From an uncultured Pelagibacteraceae bacterium (lineage in GTDB: Bacteria; Pseudomonadota; Alphaproteobacteria; Pelagibacterales; Pelagibacteraceae), in the NCBI GenBank assembly GCA_902574705.1, contig CACGOM010000003.1:12405-76404 (forward strand): a stretch of DNA of 64,000 nucleotides, in the 5' to 3' direction. Both the position numbers and the translations under genes were made by a program. The notes under the pieces were generated by a model. That model was not told where the DNA came from, made no database searches, and saw nothing but the letters and a program-made list of their open reading frames with translations. Positions 10,437 through 21,131 of this stretch are shown here, one piece after another. The stretch's first letter is position 1, and every line of letters begins with the position of its first letter.

Positions 10437-12875
10437 TTAGTTCAATTTAATTTTAGGATCTTTTAAAGGCTTCAATAACAATGAAGCATCATATTTGACT
10501 TTTTCTATTTCGACCTGAATTTTTTTTTCTAACAATTGCTCTACTTTTAAATCAGTTGAAACGTAACCGAAAAGCAAATTTTTATTGTAATTAAATGAGT
10601 AATTTGATGATGTTGTATTACCACAAATTTTTCCATCTATATAAATTGGTTCAAAATGTAATGCTAAAGGTTCACCAGGTTTGGTATTATTAAGAGTAAG
10701 CATTATAAATTTTTTTTTAATTTTATTTTTATCAATTTCTAATAAAGCTTGTTTGCCAACAAAATCATAATTTTTTTTAAAACTTATTGCAAAATTTAAT
10801 CCTGCTTCTAATTGATTTTCCTCTGGAGAAATATCATGGCCCCAATGTAAAAATCCACTTTCCATCCTTAAAGTATCCATTGCATGAGCTCCACATAAAG
10901 ACAGGTTAAATTTTTTTCCTATATTAATGATTTTATTAAAAATTAATTTTGCTTCAGAGTTATTTATGTAAAGCTCATATCCAACTTCTCCAACATATGA
11001 TAATCTTTGAACCCAAACATCACTATTTTCAATTTTAAGATTTTTGGAGTGTCCAAAACTAAAATTATCATTAGAAAAATCTTCACCTGAAATATCTTTC
11101 ATTAATTCCCTTGATTTTGGACCAAAAATACCAAGACAAACATAATCATCTGTTACATCTGTTAATTCAATATTTTGATTTATGTGTTTTTTAATATGGA
11201 ATTTATCTCGCTCTCTAGTTGCGGCAGCTCCAATAACTCTGTAATGTTTTTCTGAAATACATATCACTGTCATATCTGTTTCTATTCCTCCATCTGAATT
11301 TAACATTTGAGTGTATGTACATCTTCCAATCTCATTTTTAACATTTGCAGTGCAAATTTTTTGTAATTCCTCATAAACGTTTTCTCCTTTTAATTCAAAT
11401 TTTGAAAACGGAGTTAATTCATAAAGACCTACATTAGTAACAGTATTTTTTGTTTCAAATTCTGCTGAAGGATACCAATTTTGAAAGCTGTAACTATAAT
11501 CATAATCAGCTTTTCCATTTCTAGAAAACCACATTGGTCTCTCATAACCACCTGCAACTCCAAAGCATGCACCAGCTTGTTTTAATTCTTCATGGTATGG
11601 AAGTAATTTAATGTTTCTTGAAGTCTTGTGTTGTTTGTAAGGCCAATGCATTCCATATAAATCTCCTAAAGTTTCAGTTATTCTTTGAGTTATAAAGTTT
11701 ATATCTGAGTGAAAATTCTGAAATCTTTTAATATCATAAATAAATAAGTCTTCATTTATATGACCATTCATTAACCACTCTGCTGTAACTTTTCCAACAC
11801 CTCCTCCACTACCTATCCCGATACTATTTAACCCTGCGCATACAAATAAATTTTTAAAATCTGGCACTTCACCCAATAAAGTATTTGTGTCAGGTGTAAA
11901 AGACTCTGGACCTGAGAAAAATTTTCTTAAACCAACTTCTCCAAGTACGGGCATTCTTTTCATCGCTGCTTCTAAGTAGGGCTGAAAATGATCAAAATTT
12001 TCTGGAAATTCACCGTAGGAAAAATTTTCAGGAACTTTATTGTCGTTCTTAAAAGCGGGTATTGACTTAGTTTCAAATATTCCAATTAATATTTTCCCTG
12101 CATCTTCTTTTAAATAAAGACAATCATCAAAATCTCTTAAGGTTGGTAAAATATTTGGAAGATCTTTAATGGGCTCAGTTAAAACATAAAAATGTTCAGC
12201 TGGATATAGAGGTATACTAATCCCGTGTTTTTCACCAATTTGACGAGACCACATGCCAGTGGCTAAAACAATATATTCACATTCAATTGTTTGTCCATTT
12301 ACAACAACCCCTGAAACTCTACCGTTTTTTTTTAAAATTTTTTCTACGGGACTTTTTTCGAAAATTTGTACACCTTCTTTTCTAGCGGCTTTAGCTAGTA
12401 AATTAGTAACACCAACAGGATCTGCTTGACCGTCGCCTGGCATGAAAATCCCACCCTCTAAATCACTGTTATTTATTCCTGGATATTTATCTTTAACTTC
12501 TGAGGGATTTAAAATTTCAACATTTACATCATATAGCTGAGCTGTAGTAGCTTGTCTTTTTAATTCTTGCCATCTATGTTTAGTTTGCGCTATTGATAAA
12601 GCTCCCCCTAATTTCATTCCAGAGGAAAAATCTAATTCCTTTTCAAGTTTTTTATATAGATCTAGAGTGTATTTTCTAATTTTGGTTACACCAGCCGATG
12701 GACCTAATTGACTAACTAATCCAGCTGCATGCCAGGTTGTACCAGATGTTAATTGATCTCGCTCGAGTAAGATTGTGTCTTTCCAGCCAAACTTAGCAAT
12801 ATGATAAGCGCATGAAGTTCCTGTAACACCTCCTCCTATAACTACAACCTTGCAGCTATTTGGTAGAGAAGACAT
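10437..12875 (-). CDS. FAD-dependent GcvT-family oxidoreductase (dimethylglycine/sarcosine dehydrogenase-like)
   Basis: GGGVTG FAD motif, SGTTWHAAG covalent-flavin His motif, C-terminal GcvT/THF domain. Confidence 0.88.
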   Translation of the reverse strand: MSSLPNSCKVVVIGGGVTGTSCAYHIAKFGWKDTILLERDQLTSGTTWHAAGLVSQLGPSAGVTKIRKYTLDLYKKLEKELDFSSGMKLGGALSIAQTKHRWQELKRQATTAQLYDVNVEILNPSEVKDKYPGINNSDLEGGIFMPGDGQADPVGVTNLLAKAARKEGVQIFEKSPVEKILKKNGRVSGVVVNGQTIECEYIVLATGMWSRQIGEKHGISIPLYPAEHFYVLTEPIKDLPNILPTLRDFDDCLYLKEDAGKILIGIFETKSIPAFKNDNKVPENFSYGEFPENFDHFQPYLEAAMKRMPVLGEVGLRKFFSGPESFTPDTNTLLGEVPDFKNLFVCAGLNSIGIGSGGGVGKVTAEWLMNGHINEDLFIYDIKRFQNFHSDINFITQRITETLGDLYGMHWPYKQHKTSRNIKLLPYHEELKQAGACFGVAGGYERPMWFSRNGKADYDYSYSFQNWYPSAEFETKNTVTNVGLYELTPFSKFELKGENVYEELQKICTANVKNEIGRCTYTQMLNSDGGIETDMTVICISEKHYRVIGAAATRERDKFHIKKHINQNIELTDVTDDYVCLGIFGPKSRELMKDISGEDFSNDNFSFGHSKNLKIENSDVWVQRLSYVGEVGYELYINNSEAKLIFNKIINIGKKFNLSLCGAHAMDTLRMESGFLHWGHDISPEENQLEAGLNFAISFKKNYDFVGKQALLEIDKNKIKKKFIMLTLNNTKPGEPLALHFEPIYIDGKICGNTTSSNYSFNYNKNLLFGYVSTDLKVEQLLEKKIQVEIEKVKYDASLLLKPLKDPKIKLN

Positions 12876-12877
12876 TG

Positions 12878-14659
12878 TTATGCTAATGATTTTTGTGGCT
12901 TCATATCAGATTTATTAATACCAGCTACTTGGACTGGTTTTTTCATTGCATCTCTTCTGAAAGGCTCGCCTAGTTCTTGGTTCAGAATTACTTCAACAAA
13001 AGTCGTGATACCTTTTTTCTGATTTTCACAACCCTCTTTTATTGCTTTAGTAGTTTCTTCCATAGTTCTTGCTGTAATTCCTTTTAAACCACAAGCATCA
13101 GCTACTTTGGCATAGCTTAGTTCTGGATCTAATTCTGTTCCTACAAAATTATCATCAAACCATAAGATTGAATTTCTTTTCTCTGCGCCCCATTGGTAAT
13201 TTCTAAATATAACCATAGTTATTGCAGGCCACTCTTCTCTTGCACATGAGCTCATCTCATTCATGCTTATTCCAAATGCTCCATCACCAGCAAAACCAAC
13301 TACTGGTGTTTCTGGACATCCAATTTTCGCTCCAAGAATTGCTGGAAATCCATATCCACATGGACCAAATAACCCTGGCGCTAAATATTTTCTACCTTTT
13401 TCAAAAGTAGGATATGCATTTCCAATTGCACAATTGTTTCCAATATCGCTAGATATAATTACGTCCTCAGGTAAAGCAGCCTGAATAGCTCTCCATGCTT
13501 GTCTTGGGGACATTCTATCTTTATCTCTATCTCTTGCTTCTTTATTCCAAACAGTTCCCGGATCATCATCCTCATGATCTAAACTAGTTAAAGTTTGCAA
13601 CCATGCAGATTTAGATTGATGTATAAGATTTTTTCTCTCTTCTCTATTTGTGTCACCGGCGTTAGAAGATAATTTTGCGAGCAATTGAGATGCAACCATT
13701 TTTGCATCTCCACTAATTCCCACTGTTACTTTTTTTGTTAGTCCAATTCTATCTGGATTCATGTCAACTTGAATAATTTTTGCATTTTTTGGCCAATAAT
13801 CTATTCCATAACCAGGTAAAGTTGAAAATGGATTAAGTCGTGTGCCTAAAGCTAAAACAACATCTGCTTTAGAAATTAATTCCATGGCTGCCTTTGATCC
13901 ATTATATCCAAGTGGACCAACAGCTAAAGGATGGCTTCCTGGAAAACTATCATTATGTTGATAACCACTACAAACTGGGGAGTCCAGTTTCTCTGCAAGT
14001 TTTTTTGTTTCTTCAATTGCATTACCTATAACAACACCTGCGCCAGAAAGTATTACAGGAAATTTTGCATCTGATAAATATTTTGCAGCTCTATCAATTG
14101 CTTCTTTTCCACCACCTTGTCTTTCAAATCTTACTATTGGTGGGAGATCTATATCAACTACTTGTGTCCAGTAATCTCGTGGAACATTTATTTGTGCTGG
14201 TGCTGATCCTCTATGAGCTTTTTCAATAACTCTATTTAATACTTCAGCCATTCTTGATGGATCTCTTACTTCTTCTTGATAGCAAACCATATCTTTAAAT
14301 AAATTCATTTGTTCAACTTCTTGAAAACCACCTTGTCCCATTGTTTTGTTTGCTGCTTGAGGTGTAACTAAAAGTAATGGTGTATGATTCCAATAAGCAG
14401 TTTTAATTGGTGTAACTAATCCTGTTATACCCGGACCATTTTGTGCAATGACCATTGACATTTTTCCTGTAGCTCTAGTGTAACCGTCTGCAATTAATCC
14501 GCCATTAGTTTCATGGGCAACATCCCAAAATGTTATTCCTGCTTTAGGGAATAAATCTGATATCGGCATGAATGCTGATCCAATAATTCCGAAAGCGTGT
14601 TCTATTCCATGGAATTGAAGGACTTTTATAAATGCTTCTTCAGTGGTCATTTTAGTCAT
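12878..14659 (-). CDS. xsc: Sulfoacetaldehyde acetyltransferase
   Basis: KMTTEEAF, FGIIGSA, GDGAFG ThDP motif, RNYQWGAEKRN, LGEPFRRDAM; start at ATG 14659 after an AAGGA RBS. Confidence 0.95.
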   Translation of the reverse strand: MTKMTTEEAFIKVLQFHGIEHAFGIIGSAFMPISDLFPKAGITFWDVAHETNGGLIADGYTRATGKMSMVIAQNGPGITGLVTPIKTAYWNHTPLLLVTPQAANKTMGQGGFQEVEQMNLFKDMVCYQEEVRDPSRMAEVLNRVIEKAHRGSAPAQINVPRDYWTQVVDIDLPPIVRFERQGGGKEAIDRAAKYLSDAKFPVILSGAGVVIGNAIEETKKLAEKLDSPVCSGYQHNDSFPGSHPLAVGPLGYNGSKAAMELISKADVVLALGTRLNPFSTLPGYGIDYWPKNAKIIQVDMNPDRIGLTKKVTVGISGDAKMVASQLLAKLSSNAGDTNREERKNLIHQSKSAWLQTLTSLDHEDDDPGTVWNKEARDRDKDRMSPRQAWRAIQAALPEDVIISSDIGNNCAIGNAYPTFEKGRKYLAPGLFGPCGYGFPAILGAKIGCPETPVVGFAGDGAFGISMNEMSSCAREEWPAITMVIFRNYQWGAEKRNSILWFDDNFVGTELDPELSYAKVADACGLKGITARTMEETTKAIKEGCENQKKGITTFVEVILNQELGEPFRRDAMKKPVQVAGINKSDMKPQKSLA

Positions 14660-14737
14660 AAATTTTCCTTTTATTAAATTTTGTTGCAATTAATAAATTA
14701 ATATATAAATCCTGTTTTTCTATATAGAATTCATAAA

Positions 14738-15025
14738 ATGGCAAGTACAGATATTATTATACATGACAAAAAAGACAACGTTGGTGTTGTAGTAATTGAA
14801 AAAGTCGCACCAAATCAAACTTGCAACTGTTGGATTATGGAAGGTGATGGCTCAACAACGGTAGAGGCAAAAAATGAAGTTCCTCTTGGTCATAAATTGG
14901 CTTTAACAGATTTAAATGAAGGAGATACGATAATAAAATACGGTCATGATATTGGAAAAGTTGTTAAATCAATAAAAAAAGGTGAACACGTCCATGTTCA
15001 CAACGTTAAAACAAAGAAATGGTAA
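14738..15025 (+). CDS. suyA: SAF-domain small subunit of (R)-sulfolactate sulfo-lyase (UxaA family)
   Basis: DNVGV...VPLGHKLAL...IKYG...HVHVHN; paired with the large subunit; sulfonate context. Confidence 0.82.
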   Translation: MASTDIIIHDKKDNVGVVVIEKVAPNQTCNCWIMEGDGSTTVEAKNEVPLGHKLALTDLNEGDTIIKYGHDIGKVVKSIKKGEHVHVHNVKTKKW

Positions 15026-15030
15026 AATAG

Positions 15031-16197
15031 ATGAATATTCCAAAAAGTTTTTTAGGTTATAAAAGAGAAAATGGAAGAGTTGGAACCAGAAATCATGTTA
15101 TTATTCTTCCAGTTGATGACATTTCAAATGCTTGTGCAGAAGCAGTAGCTAATAATATTAAGGGAACCATTGCGCTTCCGCATTCATATGGAAGATTACA
15201 ATTTGGGGCAGATCTAGAATTACATTTTAGAACAATGATTGGCACTGCAAAAAATCCAAACGTTGCAGCAGCAATTATTATTGGAATTGAACCTAAGTGG
15301 ACAAAAAGAATTGTAGATGAAGTTGCAAAAACTGGAAAACCAGTTGAAGGATTTAGTATCGAAGGCGCTGGTGATATAGAAACGATAATGAAAGCTTCGA
15401 AAAAAGCACAAGAATTTTCAATTTGGGCATCAGAAAAACAAAGAGAAGAGTGTCCAGTTAGTGATCTTTGGATTTCTGTTAAATGTGGGGAGTCTGATAC
15501 AACATCAGGACTTGCATCCAACCCAACTGTTGGAAATTTAATGGATAAATTAGAACCATTAGGAGTTCATCTATGTTTTGGTGAAACTTCTGAACTGACA
15601 GGCGCTGAAAGTGTATGCGCTAAAAGAGGAAAAACGAAAGAAGCTCAAGACAAGTTCATGAAAACTTGGAGTGATTATAACGATTTTATTTTAAAAGAAG
15701 CAACGGATGATCTTTCTGAAAGCCAACCAACAGCTGGAAATATAGCTGGTGGACTAACAACAATTGAAGAAAAAGCATTTGGTAATTTTCAAAAAATTGG
15801 ATCAAGACAATTTGTTGATGTTTTAACACCAGCAGAGGAACCGACAAAAGGCCCAGGCCTTTACTTTATGGACACATCTTCGGCTGCAGCAGAATGTGTA
15901 ACACTTCAAGCTGCAGGAGGATTTAATATTCATTTATTTCCAACAGGACAAGGAAATATTATTGGCAATCCAATAGAACCAGTTATTAAATTAACTGCAA
16001 ATCCTTTAACAGCTGTTAAAATGAAAGAACATATTGATGTTGATGTGTCAAAAATTCTTTCAAGAGAAATGAATTTAGATCAAGCTGGAGATGAATTAAT
16101 TAAAGCAACTATGAGAGTTGCAAATGGAAGATTTACTTGCGCTGAAGCATTAGGTCATAGGGAATTTGTTATGACTAAACTTTATAGAAGTGCTTAA
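15031..16197 (+). CDS. suyB: (R)-sulfolactate sulfo-lyase large subunit (UxaA family)
   Basis: [24 protein letters not shown] and [14 protein letters not shown] motifs. Confidence 0.85.
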   Translation: MNIPKSFLGYKRENGRVGTRNHVIILPVDDISNACAEAVANNIKGTIALPHSYGRLQFGADLELHFRTMIGTAKNPNVAAAIIIGIEPKWTKRIVDEVAKTGKPVEGFSIEGAGDIETIMKASKKAQEFSIWASEKQREECPVSDLWISVKCGESDTTSGLASNPTVGNLMDKLEPLGVHLCFGETSELTGAESVCAKRGKTKEAQDKFMKTWSDYNDFILKEATDDLSESQPTAGNIAGGLTTIEEKAFGNFQKIGSRQFVDVLTPAEEPTKGPGLYFMDTSSAAAECVTLQAAGGFNIHLFPTGQGNIIGNPIEPVIKLTANPLTAVKMKEHIDVDVSKILSREMNLDQAGDELIKATMRVANGRFTCAEALGHREFVMTKLYRSA

Positions 16198-16198
16198 T

Positions 16199-17290
16199 TT
16201 ATTTTGTAGCTTGAAGTCTAGCTAATCTTTTTTTATTCCAATCAGAAATTAATTTTCTAATACCCGCTGCTCCTACACCTAGAACAATTGCAAGAACAAC
16301 AGACGTTAATCCATAAAATACTGGCAGATCCTTTGAATATTCTAAAATAAATTTAGCAAAGACTCCGAGGTTTTGAACACCATTATTTACTGAGACAACA
16401 ATTGTGTCCTCGCTGATAAAAGTATCGTATGCGATTGCAATACCAATACATAAAATTAATACAGCTAAAATAGTTTTAAACTGTGAACTATCGATTTTCT
16501 CACCCATCTTTTGTCCAACTTGAACACCTACAATTGAACCCAATATTAGAATAGTAACCAATACTAAGTCTATTGTTCCATAATTAAAAGCATGAAGAAC
16601 AGTTACAATTGCACTTACAAATATCGTTACAAATAAAGATGTGCCTGGTATTAATTTTGTGGGCATCCCAATAATATAAATCATTGCAGGAACTAAAATA
16701 AAAGCTCCCCCAACTCCCATAATTGCAGCAATATATCCAACAATCATTCCAATAATTATTGGTGTAAAAATACTTTCATAAACTTTAGATTTCTTAAACC
16801 TCATTCTAAAAGGAAGACCGTGAATCCAATAATGATGGTGTAATTTTTTTCTAACTACTATTTTTTTTCTCGCTTTATCTATTTCAGAAACACCTTGAAT
16901 TAACATAAATGTTCCTAAGATTGCCAATACATACATGTAAGCCAATGATATAACTTCATTAATTTTTCCTATATCTTTTAAATAAGAAAACGTAAGAATT
17001 CCTAATAATGTTCCAAAGGTTCCACCTATTACAATCATAAATCCCATTTTATAATCCAAGGTACCTTTTAAATAATGTGTTGTTGAGCCCGATACAGATG
17101 TACCTAAAATATTACTCGCTTCATTTGGAACAGCATATGCTGGTGGAATTCCAAGAAAAATTAAAAATGGTGTCATCAAAAACCCTCCACCAACTCCAAA
17201 TAATCCTGAAAGAACTCCTACAAATAGACTTAATATAAATATGAATGCTATGTTTATTTCTACTTGAGCAATTGGAAGAAAATATTCCAT
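16199..17290 (-). CDS. Sulfite exporter TauE/SafE (TSUP) family protein
   Basis: Duplicated GLFGVGGG / MGVGGA motifs; multiple TM helices. Confidence 0.88.
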   Translation of the reverse strand: MEYFLPIAQVEINIAFIFILSLFVGVLSGLFGVGGGFLMTPFLIFLGIPPAYAVPNEASNILGTSVSGSTTHYLKGTLDYKMGFMIVIGGTFGTLLGILTFSYLKDIGKINEVISLAYMYVLAILGTFMLIQGVSEIDKARKKIVVRKKLHHHYWIHGLPFRMRFKKSKVYESIFTPIIIGMIVGYIAAIMGVGGAFILVPAMIYIIGMPTKLIPGTSLFVTIFVSAIVTVLHAFNYGTIDLVLVTILILGSIVGVQVGQKMGEKIDSSQFKTILAVLILCIGIAIAYDTFISEDTIVVSVNNGVQNLGVFAKFILEYSKDLPVFYGLTSVVLAIVLGVGAAGIRKLISDWNKKRLARLQATK

Positions 17291-17341
17291 AAGACTTATT
17301 AACTACTTCGTACTCCTATGGTTAATAATTGTCAAATAATA

Positions 17342-17488
17342 TTATATATTTAAGAAGGTACTAAACAAAATGACTGCCCAATAAATTCCAAGCCCAAAAA
17401 AAATTATTTCCTTGATATGATTGTTAAAAAAAGTGGTTGGTATGGATTTTGATAATTTTTTTGAATTTTTTAAAATAAACTGAACCAC
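17342..17488 (-). CDS. Putative 48-aa single-TM small protein (not in ORF track)
   Basis: GTG-start ORF VVQFILKNSKK...KEIIFFGLGIYWAVILFSTFLNI fills the gap between genes. Confidence 0.45.
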   Translation of the reverse strand: MVQFILKNSKKLSKSIPTTFFNNHIKEIIFFGLGIYWAVILFSTFLNI

Positions 17489-17540
17489 AAATCTGAGATA
17501 ACAAAAAAAATCAGGTTTGCAAGCACTATTTCACTATTTT

Positions 17541-17891
17541 CTAAAATATTGTTGCTCCGAAAATTTTTACCTCATCACCCTCATCGCCAAGAACCAGCCG
17601 GCCTAGATAATCACCTTTCATAGTATTGCTCTTCTGTTTGAATAAGACAGTAACGTACAAATCTCTTCTTAAACATCCCATAACCTCTCTATCATTAGAA
17701 AGATTTGTTAGAAGTTTATTACTTGCCCATTGCTTTCCAATCTCAACCTCATTTGCTCCATATAGCATCTCGGCTGAGAAATTTTTTGTAAAACCACTAT
17801 AATCTCTCATATTTGATGCTTTAACTAAGTCATCCCATAAAGGAATAGCAATTTTTATAATTTCCTCGTCCGTTTTATCAATGAGGCTCAT
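17541..17891 (-). CDS. Hypothetical protein downstream of aprA
   Basis: 116-aa ORF starting 14 nt after the aprA stop; no recognised motif. Confidence 0.75.
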   Translation of the reverse strand: MSLIDKTDEEIIKIAIPLWDDLVKASNMRDYSGFTKNFSAEMLYGANEVEIGKQWASNKLLTNLSNDREVMGCLRRDLYVTVLFKQKSNTMKGDYLGRLVLGDEGDEVKIFGATIF

Positions 17892-17905
17892 GGATAATTA
17901 AATAA

Positions 17906-19762
17906 TTAAGCAGTTTTTTTCTTTTCTTCGTCTACTATATGATAAACAGGTTTCTTCTCCATAGTAAATTTACCTGTTTCTGGATCTCTTTGAGAGACTG
18001 TTAAACAATGCCAGTTTTCATCGTCTAGATTCATATGGTCCCCTCTGTAATAGTACCCTGGCCATCTTGTCTCTTTTCTAAATAAAGTATGTTCTGTAAC
18101 ACATTGAGATGTTAATGCTCTATGTTTAAGTTCCCACGCCCTCATTAATTGATGGTAATCTTCAGCTCCAACATGTTCCAAATCTTCCTGTAAAATTGAT
18201 AATTGTTCAAGTCCTTTATTTAAAAGATTGCCATTAGTCATATAATTATTTGTAAGACCCCCACAATATTCATCCATAATTTTTTGAAGTCTTTGTAGAC
18301 CTTGAATAGGAGATAAATAGCTAGGCGAAACAGTGCCAGCAGTAATTTCGTTTCTACCTACTTGGTAATTTTCAAGAGGTTTATAAATAGCTTCTCTTAA
18401 ATTTTCATACTGAGTGTCTGAAACCTTTATATCATTAGCTTTTTTGTCTGTAATATATTTAACTGCCGCTTTTGCAGCTAATCTTCCCTCGGTAAATGAT
18501 CCTGATGAAAATTTATGAGCACTACCACCAACTGTATCACCAGCACCGAAAAGACCTTCTATAGTTGTCATTCTATTATATCCCCAATAATAATCATCCG
18601 GAGCAATATCTTCAGGTCCACTAACCCATGCTCCAGAGCATGTTGCGTGAGATCCCATTACATAAGGTTCTGAGGTAGTTAATTCAGGGTTTGTATATTT
18701 TGGATCAATATTTTGTGATGCCCAAACAACAGCTTGACCAACGGTCATTCCTAAAAAGTTTTCCCAACCAACAGTTTCTAAATGTGGGTCTTGAAATGCT
18801 TCTTTTGTAACCATATGTATAGGCCCACCACCAGCTGCCACTTCCTGAATAAAAGCATGATTTCTTAAACATGTCGGAGTCGGGTGATGATCTATGTATT
18901 CACCAACCATTTTCTTAGTATGTTCGTACCATTTTTTCTCGTAATTTTCTCCATTAGCATTTTGGGTATACGTTTTTAAATGTAAAAAATATGCACCAAC
19001 TGGGCCGTAACCATCTTTAAATCTGCAAAGAACAATTCTATTTTCCATTTGAGTCATCTTTGCACCAGCTGCAATTGGTAATGCATATGCTGATCCATTA
19101 CTCCATGGAGCATACCAAGTTCTACCCATTCCCTCACCAACTGCTCTTGGTTTAAATATGTGCGAAGCTCCACCAGCTGCAACAATTACTGCTTTCGCTT
19201 TAAATACATGATAATCACCTGTTCTCATATTAAAACCAACAGCTCCTGCAATTCTATTTGGATTGCTCTCGTCTTTTAAAAGATGGGTGATCATAATTCT
19301 GTTATAAATTTTGTTTGCTGATTTTTTTGCTGCTTCAGCTACGATTGGTTTATAGCTTTCTCCATGAATCATGATCTGCCATTTTCCTTCTCTTTGATAT
19401 CTTCCTGTTTCTTTATTTCTCATCATTGGCAAACCCCATTCATCAAACATATGAACTGTAGAGTCGACATGTCTTGCCATGTCATAACCAAGGTCTTCTC
19501 TGACAAGACCCATTAAATCATTTCTTGCATATCTTACATGATCTTCAGGCATATTTTCGCCCCACTGCATTCCCATGTAACAGTTTATTGCGTATAAACC
19601 TTGAGCAACAGCACCACTTCTATCTATGTTAGCTTTTTCAACACAAATAATTTTAAGGTCTCTTCCCCAGTATCTAGACTCGAATGTTGCGCCTGTGCCC
19701 GCCATACCTCCGCCAACAACTAGAATATCACAATCTTCAAATACTGTTTTATTTTTTGGCAT
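17906..19762 (-). CDS. aprA: Adenylylsulfate reductase alpha subunit
   Basis: RSGAVAQGL.AIN, WQIMIHGESYK, HKFSSGS and ETRWPGYYYR motifs. Confidence 0.98.
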   Translation of the reverse strand: MPKNKTVFEDCDILVVGGGMAGTGATFESRYWGRDLKIICVEKANIDRSGAVAQGLYAINCYMGMQWGENMPEDHVRYARNDLMGLVREDLGYDMARHVDSTVHMFDEWGLPMMRNKETGRYQREGKWQIMIHGESYKPIVAEAAKKSANKIYNRIMITHLLKDESNPNRIAGAVGFNMRTGDYHVFKAKAVIVAAGGASHIFKPRAVGEGMGRTWYAPWSNGSAYALPIAAGAKMTQMENRIVLCRFKDGYGPVGAYFLHLKTYTQNANGENYEKKWYEHTKKMVGEYIDHHPTPTCLRNHAFIQEVAAGGGPIHMVTKEAFQDPHLETVGWENFLGMTVGQAVVWASQNIDPKYTNPELTTSEPYVMGSHATCSGAWVSGPEDIAPDDYYWGYNRMTTIEGLFGAGDTVGGSAHKFSSGSFTEGRLAAKAAVKYITDKKANDIKVSDTQYENLREAIYKPLENYQVGRNEITAGTVSPSYLSPIQGLQRLQKIMDEYCGGLTNNYMTNGNLLNKGLEQLSILQEDLEHVGAEDYHQLMRAWELKHRALTSQCVTEHTLFRKETRWPGYYYRGDHMNLDDENWHCLTVSQRDPETGKFTMEKKPVYHIVDEEKKKTA

Positions 19763-20232
19763 TAATAATAAACACCTTTTTTAAATGAACTTTTGTTAAT
19801 TGCAGGCAAATCTTTTTCTGTATTTAAACCGTGTGGTTCATTATATAAAATTTGTGACTGCATATCTCCTTGGTTTGGACTATCAGCTTCAGCTAATTTT
19901 GGAATATGTTTACCCCAAGGTTTTGTTGTAATTGGTGATACAAAATCTTTTACAGTTCCATTTCTAAATTTGATCTTCCAAGAAATGGTTCCTTTTTTTT
20001 CTTCTCTTAAAACTCTTACTTTATGTCCCATAGGAGCAAAGTCTGCATAACCTCTTACATCAATTGCCTGTTGAGGGCACGCTTTTACACATGAATAACA
20101 TTCCCAACAAAAGTTAGGTTCAATATTAACTGCTCTTCGAATTGTTTTATCGATATGCATGATATCAGAAGGACATATGTCAACACAGTGACCACATCCA
20201 TCACATCTTGTCATATATACAAATGTAGACAT
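19762..20232 (-). CDS. aprB: Adenylylsulfate reductase beta subunit
   Basis: CDGCGHCVDICP and CWECYSCVKACP 2x[4Fe-4S] motifs; RGYADF. Confidence 0.98.
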   Translation of the reverse strand: MSTFVYMTRCDGCGHCVDICPSDIMHIDKTIRRAVNIEPNFCWECYSCVKACPQQAIDVRGYADFAPMGHKVRVLREEKKGTISWKIKFRNGTVKDFVSPITTKPWGKHIPKLAEADSPNQGDMQSQILYNEPHGLNTEKDLPAINKSSFKKGVYY

Positions 20233-20246
20233 AATTATTTTCCTTT

Positions 20247-21041
20247 CTAATAGTGTTTAGGTTTTTCTCTTGAAATTCCTAAACCAAAATCCTCTGGTGC
20301 ATCTGCAGGCATAGGCAAATCATCATTTGACCCATCTGCTTTTGCTAAATTTTTTTGTATTGCTGCTCCTGGTTTATAAAACATATGAGCGAATTTAGAC
20401 CAATAAACTCCACCAAACAAAATTATATTTGCCACAGCAAATAAAACTAAAAACATCATATCCCAACCATAAATTCCTGAAGTTTGTAAAAAAGACCAAA
20501 TTAATCCCATAGCTGAGGCTGCAACAAGAGCTAAAACAAATAAATCAGCTAAAACGATTCTAAATACTGAATTAGCCTCAGCTGATACATCTACTCTTAA
20601 AAACAACCAGAACCATCCTCCTCCAACAACAGTCATGATAGCTCCTACATGCCAAATGATTGGCCAAATTGATGGGGTACTTATTCCTGGAGTTGAATAT
20701 TTAAAAATCATTACTGCAGATCCGATCCAAAATAATACAGTTCCATACATACCCATTACATGAGCTATTCTTCTTTGAGTAGCACCTAATTCTGCAGTTG
20801 TTAAAATATCATGTGCAATAGTTTTTGATATTACAGAAATTTTTTCACCACCGCTTAAATTTTTTGTTGCAGATAATTTTGCTTTTTTTGCGTTATTAAA
20901 AAAATATTTAACATTTTTTTTGTGAATTATATCAAGTATTGTTCCTCCACCTGCTAAAGCAACCATTGATAAAGCAAAGATTTGCATACCAATCGAAGGT
21001 ACTGTTTCTGCCAATATTGCGAATGGATTTGTTGATATCAT
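20247..21041 (-). CDS. aprM: APS reductase membrane anchor
   Basis: Multi-TM protein with WSKFAHMFYKP, directly upstream of aprB. Confidence 0.9.
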   Translation of the reverse strand: MISTNPFAILAETVPSIGMQIFALSMVALAGGGTILDIIHKKNVKYFFNNAKKAKLSATKNLSGGEKISVISKTIAHDILTTAELGATQRRIAHVMGMYGTVLFWIGSAVMIFKYSTPGISTPSIWPIIWHVGAIMTVVGGGWFWLFLRVDVSAEANSVFRIVLADLFVLALVAASAMGLIWSFLQTSGIYGWDMMFLVLFAVANIILFGGVYWSKFAHMFYKPGAAIQKNLAKADGSNDDLPMPADAPEDFGLGISREKPKHY

Positions 21042-21131
21042 TTTCCCCTTTCAGAGCTTCTAGTACAGTTAAAATAAATAATCAATAAGGTAAATTAGGT
21101 ATATTCGTACCATCTAATAGAATTTATTTTA

